This document shows positions 1-9,808 of a DNA stretch of 64,000 nucleotides, in pieces. This DNA is from a virus. Its lineage: Duplodnaviria > Caudoviricetes. How positions within the stretch are numbered: position 1 is the stretch's first letter; each line of letters begins with the position of its first letter. The notes below the pieces were generated by a model. It searched no databases. It had not been told where the DNA came from and saw only the letters and a list, made by a program, of their open reading frames with translations. The position numbers were made by a program, and so were the translations under genes. The DNA lies in the IMG/VR virus record IMGVR_UViG_3300032219_002227, positions 1 to 64,000 of that record; one strand, written 5' to 3'.

Positions 1-2
1 TA

Positions 3-950
3 GACGGCCTCAATACATTTTTGAGGTCGTTTACTATGATTAACCATATGAATCCTGATGGACATCATATTGGTGGTCTAACAGGATTTCTTAAATCTAT
101 AGGATATGCTATACGCATGTCTGATCCTACTAAAGTGGTTATTGTATTTGATGGTGTTGGAGGTTCAAGTGCTAGAAAGAATTTATTTCCTGCCTATAAG
201 GCAAATCGTAATACTAGTCGTATGACTAATTACTCTATATTTTCATCTAAAGATGAAGAACAAGAGAGTATAAACAATCAGATATCAAGACTAATACAAT
301 ATCTACAATGCTTACCTGTTACTGTTATTAGTATTGATGGATTAGAGGCGGATGATATTATCGGCTATTTAGTTAGTAAATTTCAAAAACATGAGGAAAC
401 AGCTAGAGTAACTATTATGTCTGCTGATAAAGATTTCCTTCAATTAGTATCTCCTAAAGTGCATTGTTATTCTCCTACTAAAAAGAAAATATACACACCT
501 AAAGATGTGTTAGAAGAATTTGGTGTTAGTAGCAGTAATTTTCTTAACTACAAAATACTAATGGGAGACCAATCGGATAATATTCCTGGTATTAATGGTT
601 TAGGTCCTAAAAAACTAATTAAATTATTTCCTGAATTAGTAAGTGATACTAAAATAGAATTAGATGAAATAATTAGCTCATCAGCCGATAAAGTAGATGA
701 AAATAAATTATATCTAGCTGTTGTAGAAAGAAGACATCAACTATTAATTAATCAACAACTGATGTCTTTAAATGGAGATTTCTTATCACCAGAGAATAAA
801 CAACTAGTTAAAGAATTATTTATTAATTCTTATGAGTTAAATATACCTATATTTTTACAATTATATTCAAATGATAAGTTAGGAGAAAGTATTCCTAATA
901 CATCATCATGGCTCTTACAACTGTTTGGCTATCCAAATTCTTTCAAATAA
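3..950 (+). CDS. 5'-3' exonuclease / flap endonuclease (T4 RNase H, PolI N-terminal type); starts upstream of the window
   Basis: Frame is open from base 3 (DGLNTFLRS); motifs VFDG, YKANR, EADDIIG, SADKDFLQL, GDQSDNIPGINGLGPK. Confidence 0.92.
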   Translation, partial: DGLNTFLRSFTMINHMNPDGHHIGGLTGFLKSIGYAIRMSDPTKVVIVFDGVGGSSARKNLFPAYKANRNTSRMTNYSIFSSKDEEQESINNQISRLIQYLQCLPVTVISIDGLEADDIIGYLVSKFQKHEETARVTIMSADKDFLQLVSPKVHCYSPTKKKIYTPKDVLEEFGVSSSNFLNYKILMGDQSDNIPGINGLGPKKLIKLFPELVSDTKIELDEIISSSADKVDENKLYLAVVERRHQLLINQQLMSLNGDFLSPENKQLVKELFINSYELNIPIFLQLYSNDKLGESIPNTSSWLLQLFGYPNSFK

Positions 951-959
951 ATTTAAGTT

Positions 960-2336
960 ATGACAACATTAGGAAAATTAAATCAGTACGGGCCTGTATT
1001 TCAAGTAAAAGTACTAGGTGCTCTACTAACACAAAGACAATTTCTACTTAATATTGTTGATTCACTCGATTCAGAATACTTTGAATCATCAGCTAATAAA
1101 TGGGTTGTAGAATACATTCAAAAATACTTCTCAGAATACCATACAACACCAACAGTAGAAACAATGTCTATTGAGGTGAAGAAAATCGAAAACGAAGTAT
1201 TAAGAATATCAATCGTTGAAGCATTAAAAGAAGCATACAAATTATCTGATCAGAGTGATATTGAATGGGTTGAAGCCGAGTTTAGTTCATTTTGTCGTAA
1301 TCAACAAGTTAAAAAAGCAATTTTAAGTTCAGTTCAGTTACTTGAAATGAATGACTTTGATAGTATCCTCCAGCTAATCAGCAAAGCAGTAACTGCAGGT
1401 GAAGAAAAAACGGTAGGATTAGATTATAATATAGATATTGAAGCTAGATATCGTGAAGATGATCGTAGATGTATTCCGTTTCCGTGGCCTGTATTTAACG
1501 AAATGACACAAGGTGGTTATGGTAAAGGCGATCTAGTATTAATGTTTGGTAATCCTGGTGGTGGTAAATCATGGGCTATTACAGCAATGGGCGCTTATGC
1601 CGCAGCATTAGGATACAACGTAGTACATTATTCACTTGAATTAGGTGAAGGATATGTAGGTAAACGTTACGATGCTGTATTTTCTGGTATTGATGTTGAT
1701 AAATTACATTTACACCGTGCTGAGGTAGATGAAGTAGTGGGTAAAGTTAAGGGCAAAGTAATTATTAAAGAATATCCACCTAAGAGGGCATCATTTGACA
1801 CGATAGAGGCCCATTTGCAACAGTTAGAGCATCAAAATGACTTTAAACCTGATTTAATTATTATAGATTATCTAGACTATATGCGTACTCGCTCTAGAAA
1901 AGATCGTAAGGAAGAAATCGATGATGTTTATGTTGCTGCTAAAGCATTTGCTAAAGAAAGAAGTGTTCCTTTAGTATCACCATCACAAGCAAATAGAGGC
2001 GCTGCTAAGAACGATATTATCGAAGGTGATAATGCAGCTGGATCATATGAAAAAATAATGATTGGTGATATTATATTATCTTTAGCTCGTAAACGTAAAG
2101 ATAAAATAGAAGGAACTGGAAACTGGCATATAATGAAGAACAGATATGGAGCTGATGGAATGACTTTTAGATCTAGAATAAACACATCAAATGGATATAT
2201 TGATATAGATCAAAATCCAATAGACGATGAAGATATAGAAGTAAATAATAACAGTAAGCCAACAAATAATTTTTCAGATGTCGATGTTGAAGAAAGACAA
2301 ATGCTTCAAAAGAAATTCTTTAGGCTTGAAAATTAA
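960..2336 (+). CDS. DnaB-like replicative helicase (T4 gp41 type)
   Basis: Walker A GNPGGGKS, YSLEL, IIIDYLD, SQANR, KNRYG. Confidence 0.92.
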   Translation: MTTLGKLNQYGPVFQVKVLGALLTQRQFLLNIVDSLDSEYFESSANKWVVEYIQKYFSEYHTTPTVETMSIEVKKIENEVLRISIVEALKEAYKLSDQSDIEWVEAEFSSFCRNQQVKKAILSSVQLLEMNDFDSILQLISKAVTAGEEKTVGLDYNIDIEARYREDDRRCIPFPWPVFNEMTQGGYGKGDLVLMFGNPGGGKSWAITAMGAYAAALGYNVVHYSLELGEGYVGKRYDAVFSGIDVDKLHLHRAEVDEVVGKVKGKVIIKEYPPKRASFDTIEAHLQQLEHQNDFKPDLIIIDYLDYMRTRSRKDRKEEIDDVYVAAKAFAKERSVPLVSPSQANRGAAKNDIIEGDNAAGSYEKIMIGDIILSLARKRKDKIEGTGNWHIMKNRYGADGMTFRSRINTSNGYIDIDQNPIDDEDIEVNNNSKPTNNFSDVDVEERQMLQKKFFRLEN

Positions 2337-2350
2337 TCATAGTATATACT

Positions 2351-2358
2351 ATATTTAT
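2351..2358 (+). promoter_or_regulatory. Putative phage (late-type) promoter motif ATATTTAT, representative copy
   Basis: Same 8-mer in intergenic gaps at 12265, 20440, 26190, 52136, 52700, 56204, 57532, 59031, 60390, 63504, and on the - strand at 55149-55156 before the only - strand gene. Confidence 0.7.
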
Positions 2359-2377
2359 AACTACAACAATAAAAATT

Positions 2378-2638
2378 ATGGTAACGGTTAAACGATTTAC
2401 GGCTGCGTGGTGTGGTCCGTGTAGGCAACTTATTCCTATTTTCGAACAGATCCAAACATCATTTCCTAGTGTTGAATTTCAAATTATAGATGTAGATACA
2501 TCTCCTGAAGAAGTACAAGAACATTTTGTAACTAGTGTACCAACAATTATATTTTTTAAAGACGGAATGGCAAAACAACGTTTTACTGGATTACAATCAA
2601 AGTCTATGTATGTAGATACTATTAACTCACTTATTTAA
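2378..2638 (+). CDS. trxA: Thioredoxin
   Basis: WCGPC active site, SVPT cis-Pro loop; adjacent to RNR. Confidence 0.95.
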   Translation: MVTVKRFTAAWCGPCRQLIPIFEQIQTSFPSVEFQIIDVDTSPEEVQEHFVTSVPTIIFFKDGMAKQRFTGLQSKSMYVDTINSLI

Positions 2639-2651
2639 AAAAAAACAAAAA

Positions 2652-4502
2652 ATGGATGTAACGCAAAGTATTCTTAGCGAGATTACTACTTATATGAAGT
2701 ACGCTAAGTTTAGACCTGAATTGAGTAGAAGAGAAACATGGGAAGAACTAGTTACTCGAAATAAAGAAATGCATCAAGCTAAATTTCCACAATTAAAAGA
2801 TGAAATCGAAGAAACATATAAACTGGTATACGATAAAAAAGTATTGCCGTCAATGCGTAGCCTGCAATTCGCTGGTAAGCCCATTGAGCTTAATAATGCT
2901 CGTATATTTAATTGCTCTTTTCTTCCTCTTGATGACTGGCGTGCGTTCAGTGAAATAATGTTCTTACTACTTTCAGGTTGTGGAGTAGGATATAGTGTGC
3001 AAAAACATCATATTGAAAGTCTTCCTGAAATTAAAATACCAACTAAACACAAAAGATATTTAGTAGGTGATAGTATTGAAGGTTGGGCAGATGCTGTTAG
3101 AATGCTTTGTAAAGCATATTTTACAGGGGCTGCATTGCCTTTATTTGATTTTAGAGATATTAGAGCTAAAGGGGCTCAGTTAATTACTGTAGGTGGTAAA
3201 GCACCTGGTCCTGAACCACTAAAAGAATGTTTGTTTAATCTCCAAAAGGTATTTGAACGTAAGAAAAATGGAGATAAATTAACATCAGTAGAAGCTCATG
3301 ATATGGCCTGTCATATAGCAGATGCTGTATTATCAGGTGGTATTAGAAGAGCAGCACTTATTTCATTATTCAATCTTGATGATGAAGATATGTTAACGTG
3401 TAAGTTTGGTAATTGGTGGGAAGAAAACCCACAACGTGGTCGTGCTAATAATTCTGCCGTTGTATTACGTCATAAGATCACTGAAGAAGAATTCTTCAAA
3501 TTATGGAAAAAAATTGAATTAAGCGGCAGTGGTGAACCCGGTATTTACTTTAGCAATGACAAAGATTGGGGAACAAACCCATGTTGTGAGATTGCTTTAC
3601 GTTCTTTCCAATTCTGTAACTTATGTGAGGTAAACGTTTCAAATGTTGAGTCACAAGAAGACCTAAACGAACGTGTTAAAGCAGGAGCATTTATCGGTAC
3701 GCTACAAGCAGCATACACTAATTTCCATTATCTAAGAGATGTATGGCAGAAAACAACTGAAAAAGACGCTCTATTAGGTGTTGGAATGACAGGTATTGGA
3801 TCAGGAGCTATTTTAAAATATGATTTGAAAAAAGCAGCTGATTTAGCTAAAGAAGAAAACGCTCGTGTTGCCGAAGTAATTGGAGTTAATAAAGCAGCTC
3901 GCGTAACAACAGTTAAACCATCAGGTACTAGCTCATTAGTATTAGGTACATCATCTGGTATTCACGCTTGGCATAATGATTATTACATTCGCAGAATTAG
4001 AGTAGGTAAAAACGAAGCAATCTATAATTATCTTGCAGTTAATCATCCTGAATTAGTTGAAGATGATTTCTTCAAACCAACAATTCAAGCTGTAATTTCA
4101 GTACCACAAGTAGCACCAGAAGGTTCTATTTTAAGAACTGAAAACGTAATTGATATGCTTGAGCGTACTAAATTATTCAATCTTGAATGGGTAAGAAAAG
4201 GTCATCGTAAAGGAGCTAACACAAATAACGTATCAGCTACAGTGTCAATTCAAGAAAATGAATGGGAACAAGTAGGCAATTGGATGTGGGAAAATAGAGA
4301 AACATTTAACGGATTATCAGTATTGCCTTATTTTGGAGGTAGCTATACTCAAGCACCATTTGAAGATATTACTAAAGAACAATTTGAAGAAATGGCTCAA
4401 CACCTTCACTCGATTGATCTATCTAAGATAGTAGAATTTAGTGATGATACTGCTTTAATGGATCAAGCAGCGTGTGCTGGTGGTGCCTGTGAAATAGTAT
4501 AA
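2652..4502 (+). CDS. nrdJ: Class II (adenosylcobalamin-dependent) ribonucleotide reductase
   Basis: FNCSF, GTNPCCEI, TTVKPSGT, C-terminal CAGGAC redox pair; no beta-subunit gene nearby. Confidence 0.9.
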   Translation: MDVTQSILSEITTYMKYAKFRPELSRRETWEELVTRNKEMHQAKFPQLKDEIEETYKLVYDKKVLPSMRSLQFAGKPIELNNARIFNCSFLPLDDWRAFSEIMFLLLSGCGVGYSVQKHHIESLPEIKIPTKHKRYLVGDSIEGWADAVRMLCKAYFTGAALPLFDFRDIRAKGAQLITVGGKAPGPEPLKECLFNLQKVFERKKNGDKLTSVEAHDMACHIADAVLSGGIRRAALISLFNLDDEDMLTCKFGNWWEENPQRGRANNSAVVLRHKITEEEFFKLWKKIELSGSGEPGIYFSNDKDWGTNPCCEIALRSFQFCNLCEVNVSNVESQEDLNERVKAGAFIGTLQAAYTNFHYLRDVWQKTTEKDALLGVGMTGIGSGAILKYDLKKAADLAKEENARVAEVIGVNKAARVTTVKPSGTSSLVLGTSSGIHAWHNDYYIRRIRVGKNEAIYNYLAVNHPELVEDDFFKPTIQAVISVPQVAPEGSILRTENVIDMLERTKLFNLEWVRKGHRKGANTNNVSATVSIQENEWEQVGNWMWENRETFNGLSVLPYFGGSYTQAPFEDITKEQFEEMAQHLHSIDLSKIVEFSDDTALMDQAACAGGACEIV

Positions 4503-4513
4503 TACTTACATCT

Positions 4514-4900
4514 ATGATAAAGCTAATAGACTTATTAAAAGAAAATAATGATTTATCTCAAACAAAAATATTAGATGATAATGGTAATCCTTTAATTGTC
4601 TATCGCTCTCAAGAAGATGAAAGAAATCAAGGAATAGAAAGACAATCAGGGCATAGAGGAATTTACTTCTCAGCTAATAAAGAATCAACAAAGATATATG
4701 GTCCAATAACAAAAGAATATCATTTGAATATTAAAAATCCACTAATTCTAAAGGATACTGAATGGAATTTATCAGTATTACCTTCAAATTATTATGATTA
4801 TTTAATTAAACAAGGATACGATGGTGCTGTTTGGATTAGAAAAGGAGAAATGTATGAAATAATTGCTTTTTATCCTGAACAAGTAATTTCTGTGAAATAA
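4514..4900 (+). CDS. ADP-ribosyltransferase-fold protein (ART-PolyVal-like)
   Basis: DDNGNPLIVYR, GIYFS, LNIKNPL, GYDG, YEIIAFYPEQ pattern. Confidence 0.6.
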   Translation: MIKLIDLLKENNDLSQTKILDDNGNPLIVYRSQEDERNQGIERQSGHRGIYFSANKESTKIYGPITKEYHLNIKNPLILKDTEWNLSVLPSNYYDYLIKQGYDGAVWIRKGEMYEIIAFYPEQVISVK

Positions 4901-4906
4901 TATAAT

Positions 4907-5107
4907 ATGGCTGAATTTATAAAAGATGTCCATTATTATCTAGATGGAGATAGGGTAGTGTTTACAGAAAAATGGCTTCTTCGTAGAGGAGAATGCTGTG
5001 GAAATAAGTGTAGACACTGCCCTTATTTTCCTAAATACCAAAAAGGAAATGAGGAAGTGGCAAAAGAATTTAGTAATTTAATAAATAATTTAGAAGATGG
5101 AAACTGA
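4907..5107 (+). CDS. Small Cys-rich protein (DUF5522-like)
   Basis: VFTE..LLRRGECCGNKCRHCPY. Confidence 0.7.
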   Translation: MAEFIKDVHYYLDGDRVVFTEKWLLRRGECCGNKCRHCPYFPKYQKGNEEVAKEFSNLINNLEDGN

Positions 5108-5270
5108 TAAAATACATGAACGTGTTTTAGAGCTACAAAAAAATGTTGAAAAATCTTCACCTCAAGAACAAGTTAATATGTTAGGTGAATTATTTGATAT
5201 GGTATCTCAAATAGAACAAACTTTATCTGAAGTTAAATTAGATATAAATAAAATAAAAAATGAAGAATAG
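5097..5270 (+). CDS. Hypothetical 57-aa protein (not in ORF track)
   Basis: METDKIHERVLELQKNVEKSSPQEQVNMLGELFDMVSQIEQTLSEVKLDINKIKNEE fills the gap and overlaps both neighbours. Confidence 0.7.
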   Translation: METDKIHERVLELQKNVEKSSPQEQVNMLGELFDMVSQIEQTLSEVKLDINKIKNEE

Positions 5271-5466
5271 TTTTGAAGCATTAGGATTATTTATAGGTAC
5301 CATAGCAATTATTCTCGTCATTCTAGGCTACCCAGTTATGTTGTTATGGAATTGGTTAATGCCTGAGTTATTTGGATTACGCGAAATTACATTTTGGCAA
5401 GCAATTGGACTAAATATGTTATCTACTATATTATTTAGACCTTCAGTTAATATAAAAAAAGATTAA
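5260..5466 (+). CDS. Small membrane protein
   Basis: Two hydrophobic segments, LWNWLMP.LFGL..ITFWQA motif. Confidence 0.75.
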   Translation: MKNSFEALGLFIGTIAIILVILGYPVMLLWNWLMPELFGLREITFWQAIGLNMLSTILFRPSVNIKKD

Positions 5467-5467
5467 T

Positions 5468-5932
5468 ATGTTTCAATCAACTAAGTTATTTGATGGTTAT
5501 AGTTGTGTATTTCGTCAATGGAAAGCAGAAGGAACTCATTGTAGATTTCTTCATGGATATGGAGTATCATTTAGAGTATGGTTCAAAGGTGAACTTGATG
5601 AACGTAATTGGGTTTGGGATTTTGGAGGTATGAAACGTGCTAATGGCACTATCGACGGAATGAATCCTAAAGCATGGATGGATCATATGTTTGACCATAC
5701 TACAATTATTGCAGAAGATGATCCATTTATTAATGCTTTTAAACAAATGGAAGTAGCAGGCGTAGCACAAATTAGAATAATCCCAGCTGTGGGAGCAGAG
5801 CAATTTGCTAAGTATATCTTTGAAAAACTTAATACATTTATTCAAGAAGAAACAAGCAATAGAGTTAAGGTTGTGAGAGTAGAATTTATGGAACATTCTA
5901 AAAACACAGCTATCTATGAAGAAAAAAACTAA
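5468..5932 (+). CDS. queD: 6-carboxytetrahydropterin synthase (QueD/PTPS family)
   Basis: HCRFLHGY, WVWDFGGMK, FDHT, GAEQFAKYIF; clustered with queC/queE/folE. Confidence 0.85.
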   Translation: MFQSTKLFDGYSCVFRQWKAEGTHCRFLHGYGVSFRVWFKGELDERNWVWDFGGMKRANGTIDGMNPKAWMDHMFDHTTIIAEDDPFINAFKQMEVAGVAQIRIIPAVGAEQFAKYIFEKLNTFIQEETSNRVKVVRVEFMEHSKNTAIYEEKN

Positions 5933-6104
5933 AGAAACTGAAATAGAACTATCACCTCCTTACTATACGGAAGGACATTGGGATGATATTTTAGATGAAA
6001 TAGAGACTTTAGAAAAATTTCAACCATCAAGTAATATGGGAAGTTGGTGGAGGCAAATAAAATTAGATAAATTAAAAGCAAAATTAAAATATCGAAAAAA
6101 ATGA
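5916..6104 (+). CDS. Hypothetical protein
   Basis: ORF overlapping both neighbours. Confidence 0.6.
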   Translation: MKKKTKETEIELSPPYYTEGHWDDILDEIETLEKFQPSSNMGSWWRQIKLDKLKAKLKYRKK

Positions 6105-6913
6105 AAGTTTCACATGAACTTCCTCTTAGTTTAATGCAATATGCTTATGAGTGGAATGATTATGATTATTGTCTTCCTCATCTATTAGATAAGTCACAAC
6201 AATATAAATTGTTTTTTTCTAAAGCTAAAAAAGATGGACGATTCATTATTATGGATAATGGGTTATTTGAAGGAGTAGAACATACAATTGATGATTTGTT
6301 TTTAAAAATTGAACTATTACATCCTAATATATTCATTGTTCCTGATGCTTGGAATGACAGTATTACAACTATAAGAAGTGCTAAGCATTGGATGATTAAC
6401 TATGGTAAAAAATTAAAAGAATTGGATGTTAACTTAATGGCAGTATGTCAAGGTAATGATATAGGAGAATTAATTAGTACATATCAAACATTAGTTGACT
6501 TAGGTTATACTCATATTGCTTTCAACCATTCTAGTATTGCTTATCAAGATATGTTTAAAGATAAAGAATCATCTCTACCAGAAGATAAGCGAATATTAAA
6601 TTATCAAATGTTTGGTAGAATGGAGTTTATTAGGCAATTAGTTGAAAAAGAAACTATACATAAAAACTACTATCACCACTTATTAGGCTGCTCACTACCT
6701 CAGGAATTTATGGCTTATGGCGATTGGAAATTTATTAAATCAGTAGATACATCTAATCCAATTTTAGTTGGAGCTGAAGGAAATAGATATCAAGAAAATG
6801 GTTTAACTTATAAACCTAAAGATAAACTTGAGCATTATTTTGAAAAAGATTTGAGTGGTCAAAAAGAAGATATTATCTTCAATGTAAATAAATTTAAATC
6901 GTTTATTAAATAG
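6101..6913 (+). CDS. Divergent TGT/DpdA-like transglycosylase (candidate 7-deazaguanine DNA insertase)
   Basis: TGT-fold order of motifs: IMDNGLFE, VPD, VCQG, HHLLG, SVDTS; lies between queD and queC. Confidence 0.6.
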   Translation: MKVSHELPLSLMQYAYEWNDYDYCLPHLLDKSQQYKLFFSKAKKDGRFIIMDNGLFEGVEHTIDDLFLKIELLHPNIFIVPDAWNDSITTIRSAKHWMINYGKKLKELDVNLMAVCQGNDIGELISTYQTLVDLGYTHIAFNHSSIAYQDMFKDKESSLPEDKRILNYQMFGRMEFIRQLVEKETIHKNYYHHLLGCSLPQEFMAYGDWKFIKSVDTSNPILVGAEGNRYQENGLTYKPKDKLEHYFEKDLSGQKEDIIFNVNKFKSFIK

Positions 6914-6956
6914 GCTAAACGTTAAAATACCGTCTAAATTCTAATAATTATTTTAA

Positions 6957-7835
6957 ATGAAAAAACAAGCAGTATTATCACTGTCAGGTGGAATGGATTC
7001 ATCAACACTACTCCTCCACCTCCTAGCAAACGATTATGATGTAACAGCATTATCGTTTAACTACGGCCAAAAACACAAAGTAGAATTAGAGCAAGCACAA
7101 TCACTTGTTGCTTATGTAAATGAAAAGAATTGTGGTTGTGGTGGAAAAGCAATTTATGGTAACGTAAAGCATCAAATTATTAAATTAGATGGATTATCTC
7201 AATTACTCAATTCATCACTTGTTGAAGGTGGTGATGATGTTCCTGAAGGACATTATGAACAAAACAACATGAAAGAAACTGTTGTTCCTAATCGTAATAA
7301 AATCTTTAGTTCAATTATTCAAGCAGTAGCATTGTCTTTAGCAACTAAAGATTTAGGTGATGGACAATTAGAAAAAAGAGACGTCGCTATTGCAATGGGA
7401 ATTCACGCTGGTGATCATGCTATTTATCCTGATTGTAGACAAGAATTTAGAGATGCTGATTTTGAAGCATTTAAAGTAGGTAACTGGGATTCAGATTTAG
7501 TATCTTATTATACTCCATATCTTGAAATGAATAAATTTGATATTCTTAAAGACGGAGAATTGGCTTGTCAAAAACTTGGTCTTAACTTTGATGATATATA
7601 TAAACGTACTAATACAAGTTATAAACCAATTTTTATTAAATATAAATGGGCTGATATAGTAGTAGCAGGTACTTGGTACTCAGATTATAAATCAGCAGCA
7701 TCAGTAGAACGTATTGAAGCATTTATTAAATTAGGTCGTCCTGATCCTGTAGATTATGCTGATGAAACAGGTCCTGTATCTTGGGAAGTAGCTAAAGCCC
7801 ATGTAGAAAAAGTATTAGCAGAACATAATTCGTAA
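6957..7835 (+). CDS. queC: 7-cyano-7-deazaguanine synthase
   Basis: SLSGGMDS PP-loop, FNYGQKH, TVVPNRN, HAGDHAIYPDCR. Confidence 0.95.
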   Translation: MKKQAVLSLSGGMDSSTLLLHLLANDYDVTALSFNYGQKHKVELEQAQSLVAYVNEKNCGCGGKAIYGNVKHQIIKLDGLSQLLNSSLVEGGDDVPEGHYEQNNMKETVVPNRNKIFSSIIQAVALSLATKDLGDGQLEKRDVAIAMGIHAGDHAIYPDCRQEFRDADFEAFKVGNWDSDLVSYYTPYLEMNKFDILKDGELACQKLGLNFDDIYKRTNTSYKPIFIKYKWADIVVAGTWYSDYKSAASVERIEAFIKLGRPDPVDYADETGPVSWEVAKAHVEKVLAEHNS

Positions 7836-7852
7836 TCAATAATCAGTTATAT

Positions 7853-8089
7853 ATGAGTAATCAAACAAACGTTCGTGCAAATAACATGAACAAAACAGCA
7901 AAACTAGCCTTTTACAATGCTCGCAGACGTGATGGTGATACCACTCGCCTTGCAGAAGAAACCGGTTACACTACCCGTTTCATTAACTATGTAAAAGCTG
8001 GTGAGCGTAGTGTTAATGATACAATTGCTAATGCAATGTATAATTTATCACGTCGTCGTACTAAAACTAGTGAATTAGCTACTGCTTAA
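7853..8089 (+). CDS. Small basic protein, possibly HTH DNA-binding
   Basis: Arg-rich; RLAEETGYTTRFINYV resembles an HTH; followed by a terminator. Confidence 0.6.
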   Translation: MSNQTNVRANNMNKTAKLAFYNARRRDGDTTRLAEETGYTTRFINYVKAGERSVNDTIANAMYNLSRRRTKTSELATA

Positions 8090-8100
8090 TTCCCGAACCA

Positions 8101-8130
8101 AGACCTCTGCTTAATGCAGGGGTCTTTTTA
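8101..8130 (+). terminator. Intrinsic terminator
   Basis: AGACCTCTGC-TTAAT-GCAGGGGTCT followed by TTTT. Confidence 0.85.
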
Positions 8131-8140
8131 AATTTAATTT

Positions 8141-8392
8141 ATGAGTTATCCAATACAATTTATTTTAGTAATGTTAGCTATGATTATAGCTGATATATGC
8201 TGGACTTACTACTTTATCAAAGTAAATGAAAATAAAGCCATATCGGCTGGCATTTGGTCAGCTGCAATTATTGTAGTAAGTGCTTTTATTACTACTTCGT
8301 ATGTTGAAAATAAATCATTAGTACCAGCTGCTGTTATAGGTGCTTTTATAGGAACCGCAGGTACAGTATGGTATAAAAATAGAAAAAAATGA
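8141..8392 (+). CDS. Small 3-TM membrane protein
   Basis: Three hydrophobic helices, basic C-terminus. Confidence 0.75.
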   Translation: MSYPIQFILVMLAMIIADICWTYYFIKVNENKAISAGIWSAAIIVVSAFITTSYVENKSLVPAAVIGAFIGTAGTVWYKNRKK

Positions 8393-8514
8393 TTCATGAA
8401 ATACAACACATACTAGGACTGTGTGGTGAAAAGCATTTCAATATATTATCAGTAATGATAGATTGGCAAAATATTAGTCCTATATTTAACTATATAAAAA
8501 CATTATTTAAATGA
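8389..8514 (+). CDS. Hypothetical 41-aa protein (not in ORF track)
   Basis: MIHEIQHILGLCGEKHFNILSVMIDWQNISPIFNYIKTLFK with ATGA overlaps at both ends. Confidence 0.6.
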   Translation: MIHEIQHILGLCGEKHFNILSVMIDWQNISPIFNYIKTLFK

Positions 8515-9344
8515 GTAAAATAGATTCAAACAAATTATTAATAAGTTCTGACTTCTACTCTGTCCAAGGTGAGGGCATTTCATCTGGAGTGCCTTCTTAC
8601 TTTGTTCGTCTTGGTATTTGTAATTTGACTTGTGGTATGAGCCGTCAATTTGCAAATCAATTAATAAAAGATCAAAATCTAGAGGACGGAGAAATATTTG
8701 AAGGTGATTTAGTTAAAGAAGGTAAAGCAACTTGGACTTGTGATTCTACAAGCCAATGGTTGTGGAGAGGTGAAGATAAAGAATTCCAATATCTAATTGA
8801 TAGATGGAAAGAAGAAGGTATCTATGATGATATTTTAAATGGTAATATTCATATCATTTGGACTGGTGGTGAACCAACAATTAAAGGGCATCAAGAGGCA
8901 ATTGTTAATTTCTTTAAATATTGGTCAACAAAAGAGTCAAGTTTATCTGATGTTTATAATGAAATTGAAACTAATGGTACAATTGTAATTGATCCTGACT
9001 TATTTTGGACTTTACATCAAATCAATTGCTCACCTAAACTATCTAATTCAGGTTTGGATGCTAAACAGCGTATTAATGAAGCAGCTATTAAGCGTGTAAT
9101 GCAACATAAAAATTATCAATTTAAATTCGTAATCAGCAATGAAGAAGATATATTGGAACTTTTTAGGGACTTTGTCGTACCATTTAGCATACCTCTTAAG
9201 AATGTAGTTTGTATGCCTGGGTTAGATGATGTAGCTAACTTTGAAGAACGTACTCAATTCGTTCTTGAAATGGCTAAGAAATATAAATTTAGAGGATTGA
9301 CTCGTTTGCATATTGCAGCTTGGAATAAAACACTTAATGTGTAA
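8511..9344 (+). CDS. queE: 7-carboxy-7-deazaguanine synthase (radical SAM)
   Basis: FYSVQGEG, FVRLGICNLTC...CDS, TGGEP, IETNG, CSPK. Confidence 0.92.
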   Translation: MSKIDSNKLLISSDFYSVQGEGISSGVPSYFVRLGICNLTCGMSRQFANQLIKDQNLEDGEIFEGDLVKEGKATWTCDSTSQWLWRGEDKEFQYLIDRWKEEGIYDDILNGNIHIIWTGGEPTIKGHQEAIVNFFKYWSTKESSLSDVYNEIETNGTIVIDPDLFWTLHQINCSPKLSNSGLDAKQRINEAAIKRVMQHKNYQFKFVISNEEDILELFRDFVVPFSIPLKNVVCMPGLDDVANFEERTQFVLEMAKKYKFRGLTRLHIAAWNKTLNV

Positions 9345-9574
9345 TGAAAGAGTTAGATTTACACGGTTTATATCATCATCAAGTTAGAGATGAAGTTGAA
9401 AACTTTGTATTATTAAACGCTAAAGAATTACCTATTAGAATTATAATAGGTGGTTCAAATAAAATGAAAAATCTTACAGAAAACATTCTACATAAACACA
9501 AATTTGACTACTATATCCCAGCACATAATCCTGGAGAAATAATTGTCACATTTGATAAAGAATATAAAATATGA
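9344..9574 (+). CDS. Stand-alone Smr-domain protein
   Basis: ELDLHG, IRIIIG, NPG motifs. Confidence 0.7.
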   Translation: MKELDLHGLYHHQVRDEVENFVLLNAKELPIRIIIGGSNKMKNLTENILHKHKFDYYIPAHNPGEIIVTFDKEYKI

Positions 9575-9804
9575 CTAAAGATCTATGTATATCATGTGGT
9601 GTAGAAACACCTTACGATTTTGAAACTCACATTGATATGAGAATTGGTTATGTTGAGGGTATTGGTCAATTATGTTCCAAATGTTATAATCAAGGCAATA
9701 ATCACAATTATATTGCAGTACCTGAATCATTAATTGAAAATACTCCTAATGACCAAGAGTTGGGAGGCGAAGTAAGATCAATATATTGGGAATCGAAAAA
9801 ATAA
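9571..9804 (+). CDS. Hypothetical Zn-finger protein
   Basis: CISC...GYVEGIGQLCSKC. Confidence 0.7.
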   Translation: MTKDLCISCGVETPYDFETHIDMRIGYVEGIGQLCSKCYNQGNNHNYIAVPESLIENTPNDQELGGEVRSIYWESKK

Positions 9805-9808
9805 AAAT

